NCBI GenBank assembly: GCA_902622665.1
Contig: CACNQV010000001.1
Span: forward strand, 123,719 to 187,718
Direction of reading: 5' to 3'
From: an uncultured Candidatus Actinomarina sp.
GTDB taxonomy: Bacteria > Actinomycetota > Acidimicrobiia > Actinomarinales > Actinomarinaceae
Length of the DNA: 64,000 bases
Position numbers and translations under genes: made by a program. The notes under the pieces were generated by a model. The model had not been told where the DNA came from and did not search any database. It saw only the letters and a list, made by a program, of their open reading frames with translations. This document shows positions 56,541 to 64,000 of this stretch, in pieces (the stretch's first letter is position 1; every line of letters starts with the position of its first letter).

Positions 56541-57449
56541 TTAACTCCCGTTTTGATATACAGATATAAAACTTAGGTAAGAGTTTGCTATTTCTGAAAC
56601 AGCCTCTTCGCGTGATTTCTCACCAGCATGCCATCCTTTAAGAGAATTCCAAAAGATAGATCTACCAATTGCAAAACCTTTGTATCCGTCAACTGATGAT
56701 CCGGCTCTTAACCATTCATTAACTTTTTCATCATTAGCGCCCCTACCAAGAACAACAGCTATGACATCTTCTCTGCCACCATCTTTAATTACTTTTGAAA
56801 CATTTTCACAATCATTAGTGGTATCTAGTCCTTCAATTTTCCAAATGTCTGGATCAGCTCCTCGCTCCCGCATTTCCTCCACTACTTGTACAGCAAGTCT
56901 TGGTCTAATTTCTGAATCATATCTAGCCTGGTCACCACCAACACTTTCTAACTGTTGTTCAGATGCAGGAACTAAAAACTCTAAAAGAAATTTTCGTTCG
57001 TTTTCATCAAGCCAGTCAGATAGTGTTTTAATTCTTTCACCTTGAATTTGCCTTGTGTCTGTATCATCATCTGGGTTCCAACGCACTAAAATTTTTACAA
57101 AGTCTGCATTTACTTCCTTTATTTTCTCATCAAACTCATCTCCGTATTCGAAGTCGAACACTTTTTGCCCAGACTTTTCCACCGGAGCAGCAAATTTAAT
57201 TCCCATTTCTTTTGCTTTTTCTTGTACTTGTATTCCAAATGCCTCATCAACTAATATTGCTGGGTCTCCACCCTCGATGCCTTGATTTCTTGCTTCAAGA
57301 AAACCATCAAAAATGATATCTTTCATGGAGGATACTCTTGCGATCTCATCACCGCTGGGTGCTCTTCCCTCAACGCCCAAAAGTCCTTTGGTTAAGGTGC
57401 CTCTGTGATCAAATGCAAGAATGTATAAATCGCTTGAGTATCCTTTCAT
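56541..57449 (-). CDS. class I aldolase-like protein (LacD/DUF2090-like TIM barrel), putative FBP/tagatose-bisphosphate aldolase
   Basis: YILAFDHRGTL N-terminus and a K-containing barrel; lies immediately upstream of pfk, consistent with a glycolytic pair. Family assignment tentative. Confidence 0.4.
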   Translation of the reverse strand: MKGYSSDLYILAFDHRGTLTKGLLGVEGRAPSGDEIARVSSMKDIIFDGFLEARNQGIEGGDPAILVDEAFGIQVQEKAKEMGIKFAAPVEKSGQKVFDFEYGDEFDEKIKEVNADFVKILVRWNPDDDTDTRQIQGERIKTLSDWLDENERKFLLEFLVPASEQQLESVGGDQARYDSEIRPRLAVQVVEEMRERGADPDIWKIEGLDTTNDCENVSKVIKDGGREDVIAVVLGRGANDEKVNEWLRAGSSVDGYKGFAIGRSIFWNSLKGWHAGEKSREEAVSEIANSYLSFISVYQNGS

Positions 57450-57458
57450 AAGTCTCCT

Positions 57459-58382
57459 TTAAATTTTTTCTTTTGTTGTTTTTCTTGTAAATACAAACAA
57501 CATTATTACTAAAACCATTAATGATAGTAATAGTAAATAATCTGAATAAACGTTGGTTTGAGCACTTTCTTCAAACACACCTGCAAGCGAACTGACCAGC
57601 TGAACAGTGGTAGTACCCCAGTTGCTAGCCAGTGTGTCATCAAGAAAATAGACATTTGAATTCTGTACTGCTGTTAAATTACCCCAACCATCCCTAATGG
57701 ACAGGTCCTTATTTAAATAATCTGAGTGCCCAACAACTATAAAGTCAGGGTTAGATTCAATTACCATCTCTTCACTAAGTGCCGGATAACCACTACCAAA
57801 TGGGTCTTCTTCAAGACCAGCAATGTTTTCAACTCCAATTGAGTTATAAATCTGCCCAATGAGGGATTCATTATTTACACTATAGATTCCGTATGTATAG
57901 CCAATTTCGTGGTACACAGAAACATTTCCAAAGTTTGAATTATCTAATATTCGATTAATCTCAAGCTTCATATCTCTCACTTTTTTACTTGCTTCACTAC
58001 GTTTATTTATAATGTCACCAACTGTTTCAATTTGTAAATAAACATCTTCAATTGTTTTAGCCGGTGGTAAAAGTACATAGTTGATGTCTTGACCTACTAA
58101 CCCATCAACAATTCCGTTAAAATCAAAAGCTACAATGACTATGTCTGGTTTTAGAGGAACTAATTCTTCTGCTGTAACGGTGTAAGCATCAATTCTTTCA
58201 ACCGGAAAATCAACCTCAGAAAAAGCATCAATAGCTACTAAAGTATCTTGCCCACCTAGTGTTTGAATAATTTCTGTGTGTGTTGTTGATAATGAGATGA
58301 CTCTTGTCTCTTCATTGTTTTCTTGCGTTACATTCGAGCACATCGAAAATAACAAGGCAAGAAAAATAATTTTAAATTTCAT
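57459..58382 (-). CDS. periplasmic binding protein, BtuF/FhuD family (Peripla_BP_2), membrane-anchored
   Basis: Signal/lipobox FSMCS; RVISLSTTHTEIIQTLGGQDTLVAID resembles the BtuF N-lobe; C-terminal TM anchor; cobalamin riboswitch upstream. Confidence 0.6.
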   Translation of the reverse strand: MKFKIIFLALLFSMCSNVTQENNEETRVISLSTTHTEIIQTLGGQDTLVAIDAFSEVDFPVERIDAYTVTAEELVPLKPDIVIVAFDFNGIVDGLVGQDINYVLLPPAKTIEDVYLQIETVGDIINKRSEASKKVRDMKLEINRILDNSNFGNVSVYHEIGYTYGIYSVNNESLIGQIYNSIGVENIAGLEEDPFGSGYPALSEEMVIESNPDFIVVGHSDYLNKDLSIRDGWGNLTAVQNSNVYFLDDTLASNWGTTTVQLVSSLAGVFEESAQTNVYSDYLLLLSLMVLVIMLFVFTRKTTKEKI

Positions 58383-58419
58383 AATTTCCTTTCTTACCTT
58401 GAGAAAATGTACGAAATTT

Positions 58420-58550
58420 TAGAAACTTCATTCCTTCTCTCGAGGACTGTTGTCTTATGAATATTAAAGGCGACCTGACTTATCTTTCGAATCACAGTTG
58501 CGGGACAGTGTTAGGTTTTCACTAACTTCGCTTCATTATTCTTTTAAGAT
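58420..58550 (-). ncRNA. cobalamin (B12) riboswitch in the 5' leader of the BtuF-like gene
   Basis: Minus-strand leader reads ...GUGAAAACCUAACACUGUCCCGCAACUGUGAUUCGAAAGAUAAGUCAGGUCGCC..., matching the conserved GGUGAAA.UCC ... CUGUCCCGCAACUGUAA core and the B12 box AGUCAGG..CCUGCC. Confidence 0.55.
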
Positions 58551-58559
58551 AATAGCAGA

Positions 58560-59159
58560 TTAAATAGAATCGTCTTCTTCGTTTTCTTCGTTTTTTAAAA
58601 CATCCATCAGTGTAGGTTCTTCAATATCTCTTGGTACATCAGGTCTCGGAAGGTCAGATGTAGATGGTATTTGTTCTGCTTTTTTTTCTGTTCTTGCCTT
58701 TTTAATAGAGTTTACAAATGACATCATGACTGTTTCTTTTGATTCATTGCTTGGAGTATTTTTAACTTTCTGTGATTTTTCTGAAGCATCTAAATGTGAC
58801 TCCTCAAGCACAACAACTTCAATACCTCCGACTAAGTCCGAAACTAAATTATAAAAGAATGCACCTACGGTAGCAATAGCGGTCTGAGTCAACATATATA
58901 CCACTGCCAAAGAAACTAAACCAGTAAATAGTGGTTCTATATTTCCAACCAAAGAAGCATCTTGATCTAGTAGAGCAAGTCGTCTTGCAATATCTTCCAA
59001 TCCTTGTGGGACTCCAGCATTTACTAATAGGACCCACATAATTGAAAAGCCAAGAACAACAGTTAATCCGACGACGAAGTTAAGCACTAGGGTGACCTTT
59101 AAAACAGTCCAGGGATCAATTTTTCTAATTATTCTTCTAACTCTATTTACACGAACCAT
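58560..59159 (-). CDS. DUF3566-like transmembrane protein (conserved downstream of gyrA in Actinobacteria)
   Basis: Basic N-terminus, two TM helices (LVLNFVVGLTVVLGFSIMWVLL; LAVVYMLTQTAIATVGAFFY), acidic C-terminus; positional conservation after gyrA. Confidence 0.5.
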   Translation of the reverse strand: MVRVNRVRRIIRKIDPWTVLKVTLVLNFVVGLTVVLGFSIMWVLLVNAGVPQGLEDIARRLALLDQDASLVGNIEPLFTGLVSLAVVYMLTQTAIATVGAFFYNLVSDLVGGIEVVVLEESHLDASEKSQKVKNTPSNESKETVMMSFVNSIKKARTEKKAEQIPSTSDLPRPDVPRDIEEPTLMDVLKNEENEEDDSI

Positions 59160-59161
59160 AA

Positions 59162-61714
59162 TTAACTCTTAATTGGTATGAAAGCTGACACTTCTTCTTC
59201 TGATGAAAGCTTCATAACCCGAACTCCTTGTGCTGCTCTACTCATTTGTTTAATTTGCTTTACTGCACATCTTATTGCAGTTCCACCTGTACTCATAAGC
59301 ATAACCTCTGTATCTTCGTCTACAGACCTTGCGCCAACTAAATTTCCTTTGTTTTCTGTGACTTTTAGAGCTTTTACTCCCATTCCGCCTCTTCCTGCTC
59401 TTCTAAATTCATCTAGTTTGGTTCGTTTTCCGTACCCCTTTGCTGTAATGAACAGCAGTGTTTCATCTCTTGAAGTTGCTGCACCTACTACTTTGTCTCC
59501 GTCTCGAAGTTTTATTCCCCTTACTCCCATTGCTGATCTACCTTGAGCTTTAAGGTTTTTTTCATCAAATCTAATAGCTTGACCTTTTTGAGAGACAAGT
59601 ATTACGTCTTCTTCACCTGATGTAGTTTTCACGGAGACAACTTTGTCATCATCTTTGAGTTTTATTGCTTGTAAAGATTTATAGTTAGAATCGAATTCTT
59701 TGAACTTAGATTTTTTTACAGTGCCTTTTTCTGTCATAATTAATAGAAATTTTTCTGTCTCGTAATCTCTTGTATCAATAATTGCCTGAACTTTTTCATC
59801 CTGACTCATTGAAAGCACATTTTGGATTAAAGAGCCTCTAGCGGTTCTATTAGTTTTTGGAATCTCGTGTGCTTTAGCTCTATACACTTTTCCTTGATCA
59901 GTAAAAAATAATAAGTAGGAATGCACAGATGTAGAGAGCAAGTGTTCTATTACGTCTTCATCTGATGAAGCAGCTTTAACTCCTTTACCTCCTCTTCCCT
60001 GTTTTTTGTAGGAGGCCGAAGGAACAGATTTTACATATCCATTTGATGATACAGAAACAATAATTTCTTCATCTTCTATGAGGTCTTCAATAGATACCTC
60101 TCCTACATCGGGAACTATCCTTGATCTTCTCTCGTCACCAAATTTATCTGTAATTGCCTCTAATTCTTCGATTAATATAGTGTTTTGTTTTGATCTGCTT
60201 TTCAATATTGCTGCTAATTCTTTAATTGTTTCTTTTAACTCTTTCTTTTCATCTTCAAGCTTTTCCATTTCCAATGCAGTAAGTCTTCTAAGTGGCATAT
60301 CCAAAATGTGTGAAGCTTGAACTTCTGATAGTTTAAATTTTGTCATTAATGATTTTCTAGCTGTATCAACATCTTTTGATGCTTTGATGACCTTAATAAT
60401 TTGATCAATTTTTTTAAGAGCTAAAAGAAGACCTTCAACAATATGAAGTCTACTTTCAGCTTTGTCTAACCTGTATTTTGTTCTTCTTTGTATTACGTCA
60501 ATTTGATGATCGATGTAATAGTTTATTAACTCTGGAACAGAAAGAACTTTAGGAACACCATCCACTAGCGCAACTGAATTAACAGAAAAGGTGTCTTGTA
60601 GTTGGGTTTGCTTAAAAAGTTGGTTTAGAACTACTTGTGGAACCGCGTCTCGTTTTAGTTCTACAACTAACCTTGTACCGTTTCTATCACTACTTTCATT
60701 TCTCAAGTCAGATATTCCTTGTAGTTTTTTGTCTTGTACAAGTGTGGCAATTTTCTCCATAATACGATCTGTAGATGCTTGATAAGGAAGTTCTTTTACA
60801 ACAATCGCAGAACGACCCCTTCCAAGTTCTTCAACGTCTGCAACCGCACGTATTTTAATAGAGCCCCTTCCTTTCAAAATGGCATCTTTAATGGTTGGTG
60901 TATCAACAACCAAACCGCCTGTAGGAAAGTCTGGTCCTTTAATTATTTTTAAAAAATCTCTTGGTTTTGCATCTTTATTTTCAACTGCAAATTTTACAGC
61001 TTCTGTGACTTCTCTTAAATTGTATGGAGGCATATTTGTAGCCATAGCTACAGCAATACCCTCTGCACCGTTTACTAAAAGGTTTGGGAATCTTGCTGGA
61101 AGAACTTTTGGTTCGGAAGTTTCACCTGAGTAATTTGGTTCAAAAATTACAGTATTTTCATCGATACCGTCTAATAACTGAGATGATAGTGAAGACATTC
61201 TAGATTCTGTGTACCTCATGGCGGCTGGTGGATCATCAGGGGTACCAAAGTTTCCCTGAGGTTCGATGAGTGGGTATCTTGTACTAAAGTGTTGCCCGAG
61301 TCTTACTAAAGTTCCATAAATTGCATCATTGCCGTGGGGGTGGTAATTACCCATTACATCACCAACAACCTTGGAGCATTTTCTGAAAGGACCTGTGGGC
61401 CTAATTCCTGTTTCGTACATTGAGTATAAAATTCTTCTTTGAACAGGTTTTAAACCGTCTTTTACATCGGGTAATGCCCTTGAAACAATAACAGACATTG
61501 CATAATCTAAAAATGACTTTGAAATCTCGTCCTCAACCGCAATTGTTCCATTTCCTGTAATATTCTCTTTTAGTGGAGTCTCTTTAGTTGCAGTTTTTTT
61601 TGCTGGTGGCTTTTTGGCCGGTGGTTTTTTAGCGGTTGGCTTTTTGGCCGGTGGTTTTTTAGCTGGTGTTTTTTTAGCGGCTGGCTTTTTGGCCGGTGGT
61701 TTTTTAGCAGGCAT
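59162..61714 (-). CDS. gyrA: DNA gyrase subunit A with N-terminal (PAKKP)n extension
   Basis: YAMSVIVSRALPDVKDGLKPVQRRILY, the catalytic Tyr region and GyrA-box-like C-terminal beta-pinwheel repeats. ATG overlaps the gyrB stop (TAATG). First ~45 aa are PAKKPPAKKP repeats. Confidence 0.95.
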   Translation of the reverse strand: MPAKKPPAKKPAAKKTPAKKPPAKKPTAKKPPAKKPPAKKTATKETPLKENITGNGTIAVEDEISKSFLDYAMSVIVSRALPDVKDGLKPVQRRILYSMYETGIRPTGPFRKCSKVVGDVMGNYHPHGNDAIYGTLVRLGQHFSTRYPLIEPQGNFGTPDDPPAAMRYTESRMSSLSSQLLDGIDENTVIFEPNYSGETSEPKVLPARFPNLLVNGAEGIAVAMATNMPPYNLREVTEAVKFAVENKDAKPRDFLKIIKGPDFPTGGLVVDTPTIKDAILKGRGSIKIRAVADVEELGRGRSAIVVKELPYQASTDRIMEKIATLVQDKKLQGISDLRNESSDRNGTRLVVELKRDAVPQVVLNQLFKQTQLQDTFSVNSVALVDGVPKVLSVPELINYYIDHQIDVIQRRTKYRLDKAESRLHIVEGLLLALKKIDQIIKVIKASKDVDTARKSLMTKFKLSEVQASHILDMPLRRLTALEMEKLEDEKKELKETIKELAAILKSRSKQNTILIEELEAITDKFGDERRSRIVPDVGEVSIEDLIEDEEIIVSVSSNGYVKSVPSASYKKQGRGGKGVKAASSDEDVIEHLLSTSVHSYLLFFTDQGKVYRAKAHEIPKTNRTARGSLIQNVLSMSQDEKVQAIIDTRDYETEKFLLIMTEKGTVKKSKFKEFDSNYKSLQAIKLKDDDKVVSVKTTSGEEDVILVSQKGQAIRFDEKNLKAQGRSAMGVRGIKLRDGDKVVGAATSRDETLLFITAKGYGKRTKLDEFRRAGRGGMGVKALKVTENKGNLVGARSVDEDTEVMLMSTGGTAIRCAVKQIKQMSRAAQGVRVMKLSSEEEVSAFIPIKS
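61588..61711. repeat. 15-nt-period tandem repeat encoding (P/T)AKKP at the gyrA 5' end
   Basis: ggccggtggttttttagc(g/t)g(t/c)tggctttttg iterated ~4 times on the plus strand. Confidence 0.8.
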
Positions 61715-63636
61715 TATACGTCCAAAAACCTAACGTCTTTTGCGTTCTTTTCAATAAACAATTTTCTCTTTGAAACATCGTTGCCCATAAGAACCTCAAA
61801 CATGTCCGAGGCTTTTGCCATTGCTCCTTTAGCATCAGCAAGAGTTACTTTAATTAGCGTTCTTGTTTCTGGGTTCATGGCTGTGTCCCAAAGCTCTCCA
61901 GCGTTCATTTCTCCCAAACCTTTGAATCTACTTATATCAAATTTTTTATTCTTGTTTTCTTTTTTAAAGGCGTTGAGTTCATCATCATCCTTTAAGTAGG
62001 TAATTCCTGAAGCTGCTTTTAACCTATAAAGTGGTGGCTCTGAAATCCACACTTTTCCACCTGTAATAAGTCCTGGCATAAATTTAAAGAAAAAAGTTAG
62101 CAAGAGTGTTCTAATGTGAGCTCCATCTACATCAGCATCTGTTAAAAATATAATTTTGTCATACCTAGATTCCTCTTCGTTAAATTGTGACTTTATTCCA
62201 GTACCAATTGCTTTAATCAAAGCGCTGATTTCTTCATTTTGCAGTGCTCTGTTTTCGGTAACCTTTTGAACATTAATTATTTTTCCTCTGATTGGAAGTA
62301 TGGCCTGAACCCTAGAATCTCTAGCTTGTTTTGCCGGACCAGCGGCAGAGTCTCCCTCAACAATAAAGAGTTCGCTTTCGGTTGGATCTGTTGATGAGCA
62401 ATCTGCAAGTTTTCCAGGCAATCCAGAGGTCTCTAAAATACTTTTCCTCTTTGTTAGTTCTCTTGCTTTTTTTGCACTCATTCTAGCTTTTGCAGCTACG
62501 GCACATCTCTCTACAATAGCTCTACCTTCTTTTGTGTTTTTTGAAAGCCACTTTGGAAATTCTTCATTTATTAAAACCTGAACTTTTGATTTCATCTCGG
62601 TGTTTCCTAGTTTTGTCTTTGTTTGACCCTCGAATTGTGGCTCTTTAACTCTGACTGAAACCACCCCTGTCATACCTTCCCTAATATCATCACCTGTTAG
62701 TGAAATATCGGAGTGTAGATTTCTTTTTTTTGCAAAATCATTAATAGATTTTGTTACTGCTGTTCTAAGACCTTCTTCATGTGTGCCACCCTCAAGTGTG
62801 TGAATGTTGTTTGCAAAACTTTTTACTGTAACATCGTCTTCATTTTTCCACTGCAGGGCAACTTCTATCTCTGAATCTTTTGTTTGGTCTGAAAAAGATA
62901 TGATTTTATCGTGTAGTGGTTCGAATCCCTCGTTTAGATATTCAACAAAATCAACCAAACCACCTTTAAAGTGGAATTGTTCCTTTGTTGCCGGTTTTAC
63001 CCTGTTGTCAACAAGGGTTATTTTCAATCCTTTGTTTAGAAAGGCGGTTTGTCTCAGTCTTTCAGAAACAATGTTGTATTCGTAGGTTTGTGTTTCATCA
63101 AATATTTCAGGGTCAGCTAAAAAATTGACTTTTGTTCCGGTCTTTTTTGAAACTTTTCCTCTTTTAATTTTCGATTTTGGTTTACCTAAATCAAAGTCTT
63201 GATTCCAAAAATACCCATCTCTTTGAACCTCGACTTTTACAAAGGTTGATAAAGCATTAACCACAGAAATTCCCACTCCGTGTAAGCCACCGCTAACTGT
63301 GTATGCTCCTGATTCAAACTTTCCACCAGCATGAAGTGTGGTTAATACTGTCGTGAGTGCTGAAACTTTTGTTTTCGGGTGGGGTTTTACTGGTATTCCG
63401 CTTCCATCGTCTTCCACCGTAACAGATCCATTTTTCTCCAATGAAACTTTAATTGTAGAACACCTTCCGGCCATTGCTTCGTCAACAGAGTTGTCTAACA
63501 CTTCCCAGATAAGGTGGTGTAAACCATTTGGTCCAGTCGAACCAATATACATTGCTGGTCTTTTTCTTACTGCTTCTAGACCCTCAAGAATTTTTATATC
63601 TTTTGAATCATAACTATTTGAATCTTTTTTAGACAC
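61714..63636 (-). CDS. gyrB: DNA gyrase subunit B
   Basis: GHKL N-terminus (LHHLIWEVLDNSVDEAMAG, GLHGVGISVVNALS), Toprim region (EGDSAGG, PIRGKIINV), C-terminal KRKLFIEKNA. Confidence 0.95.
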   Translation of the reverse strand: MSKKDSNSYDSKDIKILEGLEAVRKRPAMYIGSTGPNGLHHLIWEVLDNSVDEAMAGRCSTIKVSLEKNGSVTVEDDGSGIPVKPHPKTKVSALTTVLTTLHAGGKFESGAYTVSGGLHGVGISVVNALSTFVKVEVQRDGYFWNQDFDLGKPKSKIKRGKVSKKTGTKVNFLADPEIFDETQTYEYNIVSERLRQTAFLNKGLKITLVDNRVKPATKEQFHFKGGLVDFVEYLNEGFEPLHDKIISFSDQTKDSEIEVALQWKNEDDVTVKSFANNIHTLEGGTHEEGLRTAVTKSINDFAKKRNLHSDISLTGDDIREGMTGVVSVRVKEPQFEGQTKTKLGNTEMKSKVQVLINEEFPKWLSKNTKEGRAIVERCAVAAKARMSAKKARELTKRKSILETSGLPGKLADCSSTDPTESELFIVEGDSAAGPAKQARDSRVQAILPIRGKIINVQKVTENRALQNEEISALIKAIGTGIKSQFNEEESRYDKIIFLTDADVDGAHIRTLLLTFFFKFMPGLITGGKVWISEPPLYRLKAASGITYLKDDDELNAFKKENKNKKFDISRFKGLGEMNAGELWDTAMNPETRTLIKVTLADAKGAMAKASDMFEVLMGNDVSKRKLFIEKNAKDVRFLDV

Positions 63637-63710
63637 GAATTATCTCCAAGATACGCTTCTATTTGTTTATTACAGCCCCTGCTGAACTCTTATTTTACTA
63701 GGTTTCTAGA

Positions 63711-63998
63711 TTATTGCTTAAGATTAGATATTTGAATATCTATGTTTTTAAGTCTTATTTTGGTATTTTTTTCAATGTTTATAATTAAGTTTTGTTCGTC
63801 TAGTTGCACGATTTTTTTCACCCTGGAGTTGTCAACATAAACCACTAATGTTTCTCCTAAAACCGGTCCTGGCACAACATCTTCAGCCCATTTGTAGTGG
63901 CTGTTTGTAATGTAGTTTTCTATTTTTTTAGAATTTTTAAAATTTATACCTAAAGAATTATTGTTTGAATTTATTTTTTCTGGTTCTTTATTCAGCAC
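63711..63998 (-). CDS. DUF721/DciA-like protein (Rv0004-like), possibly N-terminally truncated by the window edge
   Basis: KWAEDVVPGPVLGETLVVYVDNSRV resembles the DUF721 W..IVG..LA..T.P..L..G.L.V.V.S.W motif; lies upstream of gyrB as in Actinobacteria. Confidence 0.45.
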   Translation of the reverse strand: MLNKEPEKINSNNNSLGINFKNSKKIENYITNSHYKWAEDVVPGPVLGETLVVYVDNSRVKKIVQLDEQNLIINIEKNTKIRLKNIDIQISNLKQ

Positions 63999-64000
63999 TA

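Noticed and set aside
62915-62935. GGTTCGAATCC, a tRNA T-loop-like sequence
   Set aside because: It lies inside the gyrB coding region with no flanking acceptor or anticodon-stem complementarity. No tRNA genes were identified in any intergenic region of the window.

Overview
This is an AT-rich (not computed, judged by eye), densely coding bacterial chromosomal window with no rRNA, tRNA, CRISPR array, integrase or transposase that I can see.

The right end (58.5-64 kb) carries the Actinobacteria-type origin-proximal gene order DUF721-like / gyrB / gyrA / DUF3566-like. Together with AGGAGG-type ribosome-binding sites, this suggests a low-GC, streamlined marine actinobacterium-like genome. That attribution is inference.

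The left ~9 kb is ordinary housekeeping: CutA, an SDR, an acyltransferase, an MFS transporter, adenosine deaminase, an esterase, an epimerase and TrhO.

From ~9.9 to 35.3 kb lies an accessory, defense-like island. It contains:
- an orphan Cas4-like 4-Cys PD-(D/E)XK nuclease;
- two large secreted proteins;
- a Dam-family N6-adenine methyltransferase;
- a tightly coupled 4-gene operon (small protein, MORC/MutL-like GHKL ATPase, small protein, and a 1121-aa fusion of a single-HKD PLD nuclease to a SNF2 helicase), plus a small protein with a BamHI-like D..ExE motif;
- an Nhi-like NERD::SF1-helicase fusion;
- an sbcD / sbcC / RecB-family (COG2251-like) nuclease operon;
- an operon built around a divergent Hsp70-fold ATPase with a long C-terminal extension and coiled-coil partners.

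The GHKL + PLD::SNF2 + Dam locus is the best candidate for a previously undescribed restriction-modification-like or anti-phage system.

Downstream are lysA-like, nfo and an NHL-repeat secreted protein. A duplicated hairpin element follows, then a histidine phosphatase, two more HX4D acyltransferases and an APC permease. Next is a MacB-type ABC efflux operon (adaptor, ATPase, FtsX permease), flanked by four paralogous lipoproteins built from a repeated C-x-RE-x-G...PDP module. The window continues with phosphofructokinase, an aldolase-like gene and a BtuF-like binding protein preceded by a cobalamin riboswitch. It ends with gyrA, which has an unusual N-terminal (PAKKP)n tail, and gyrB.
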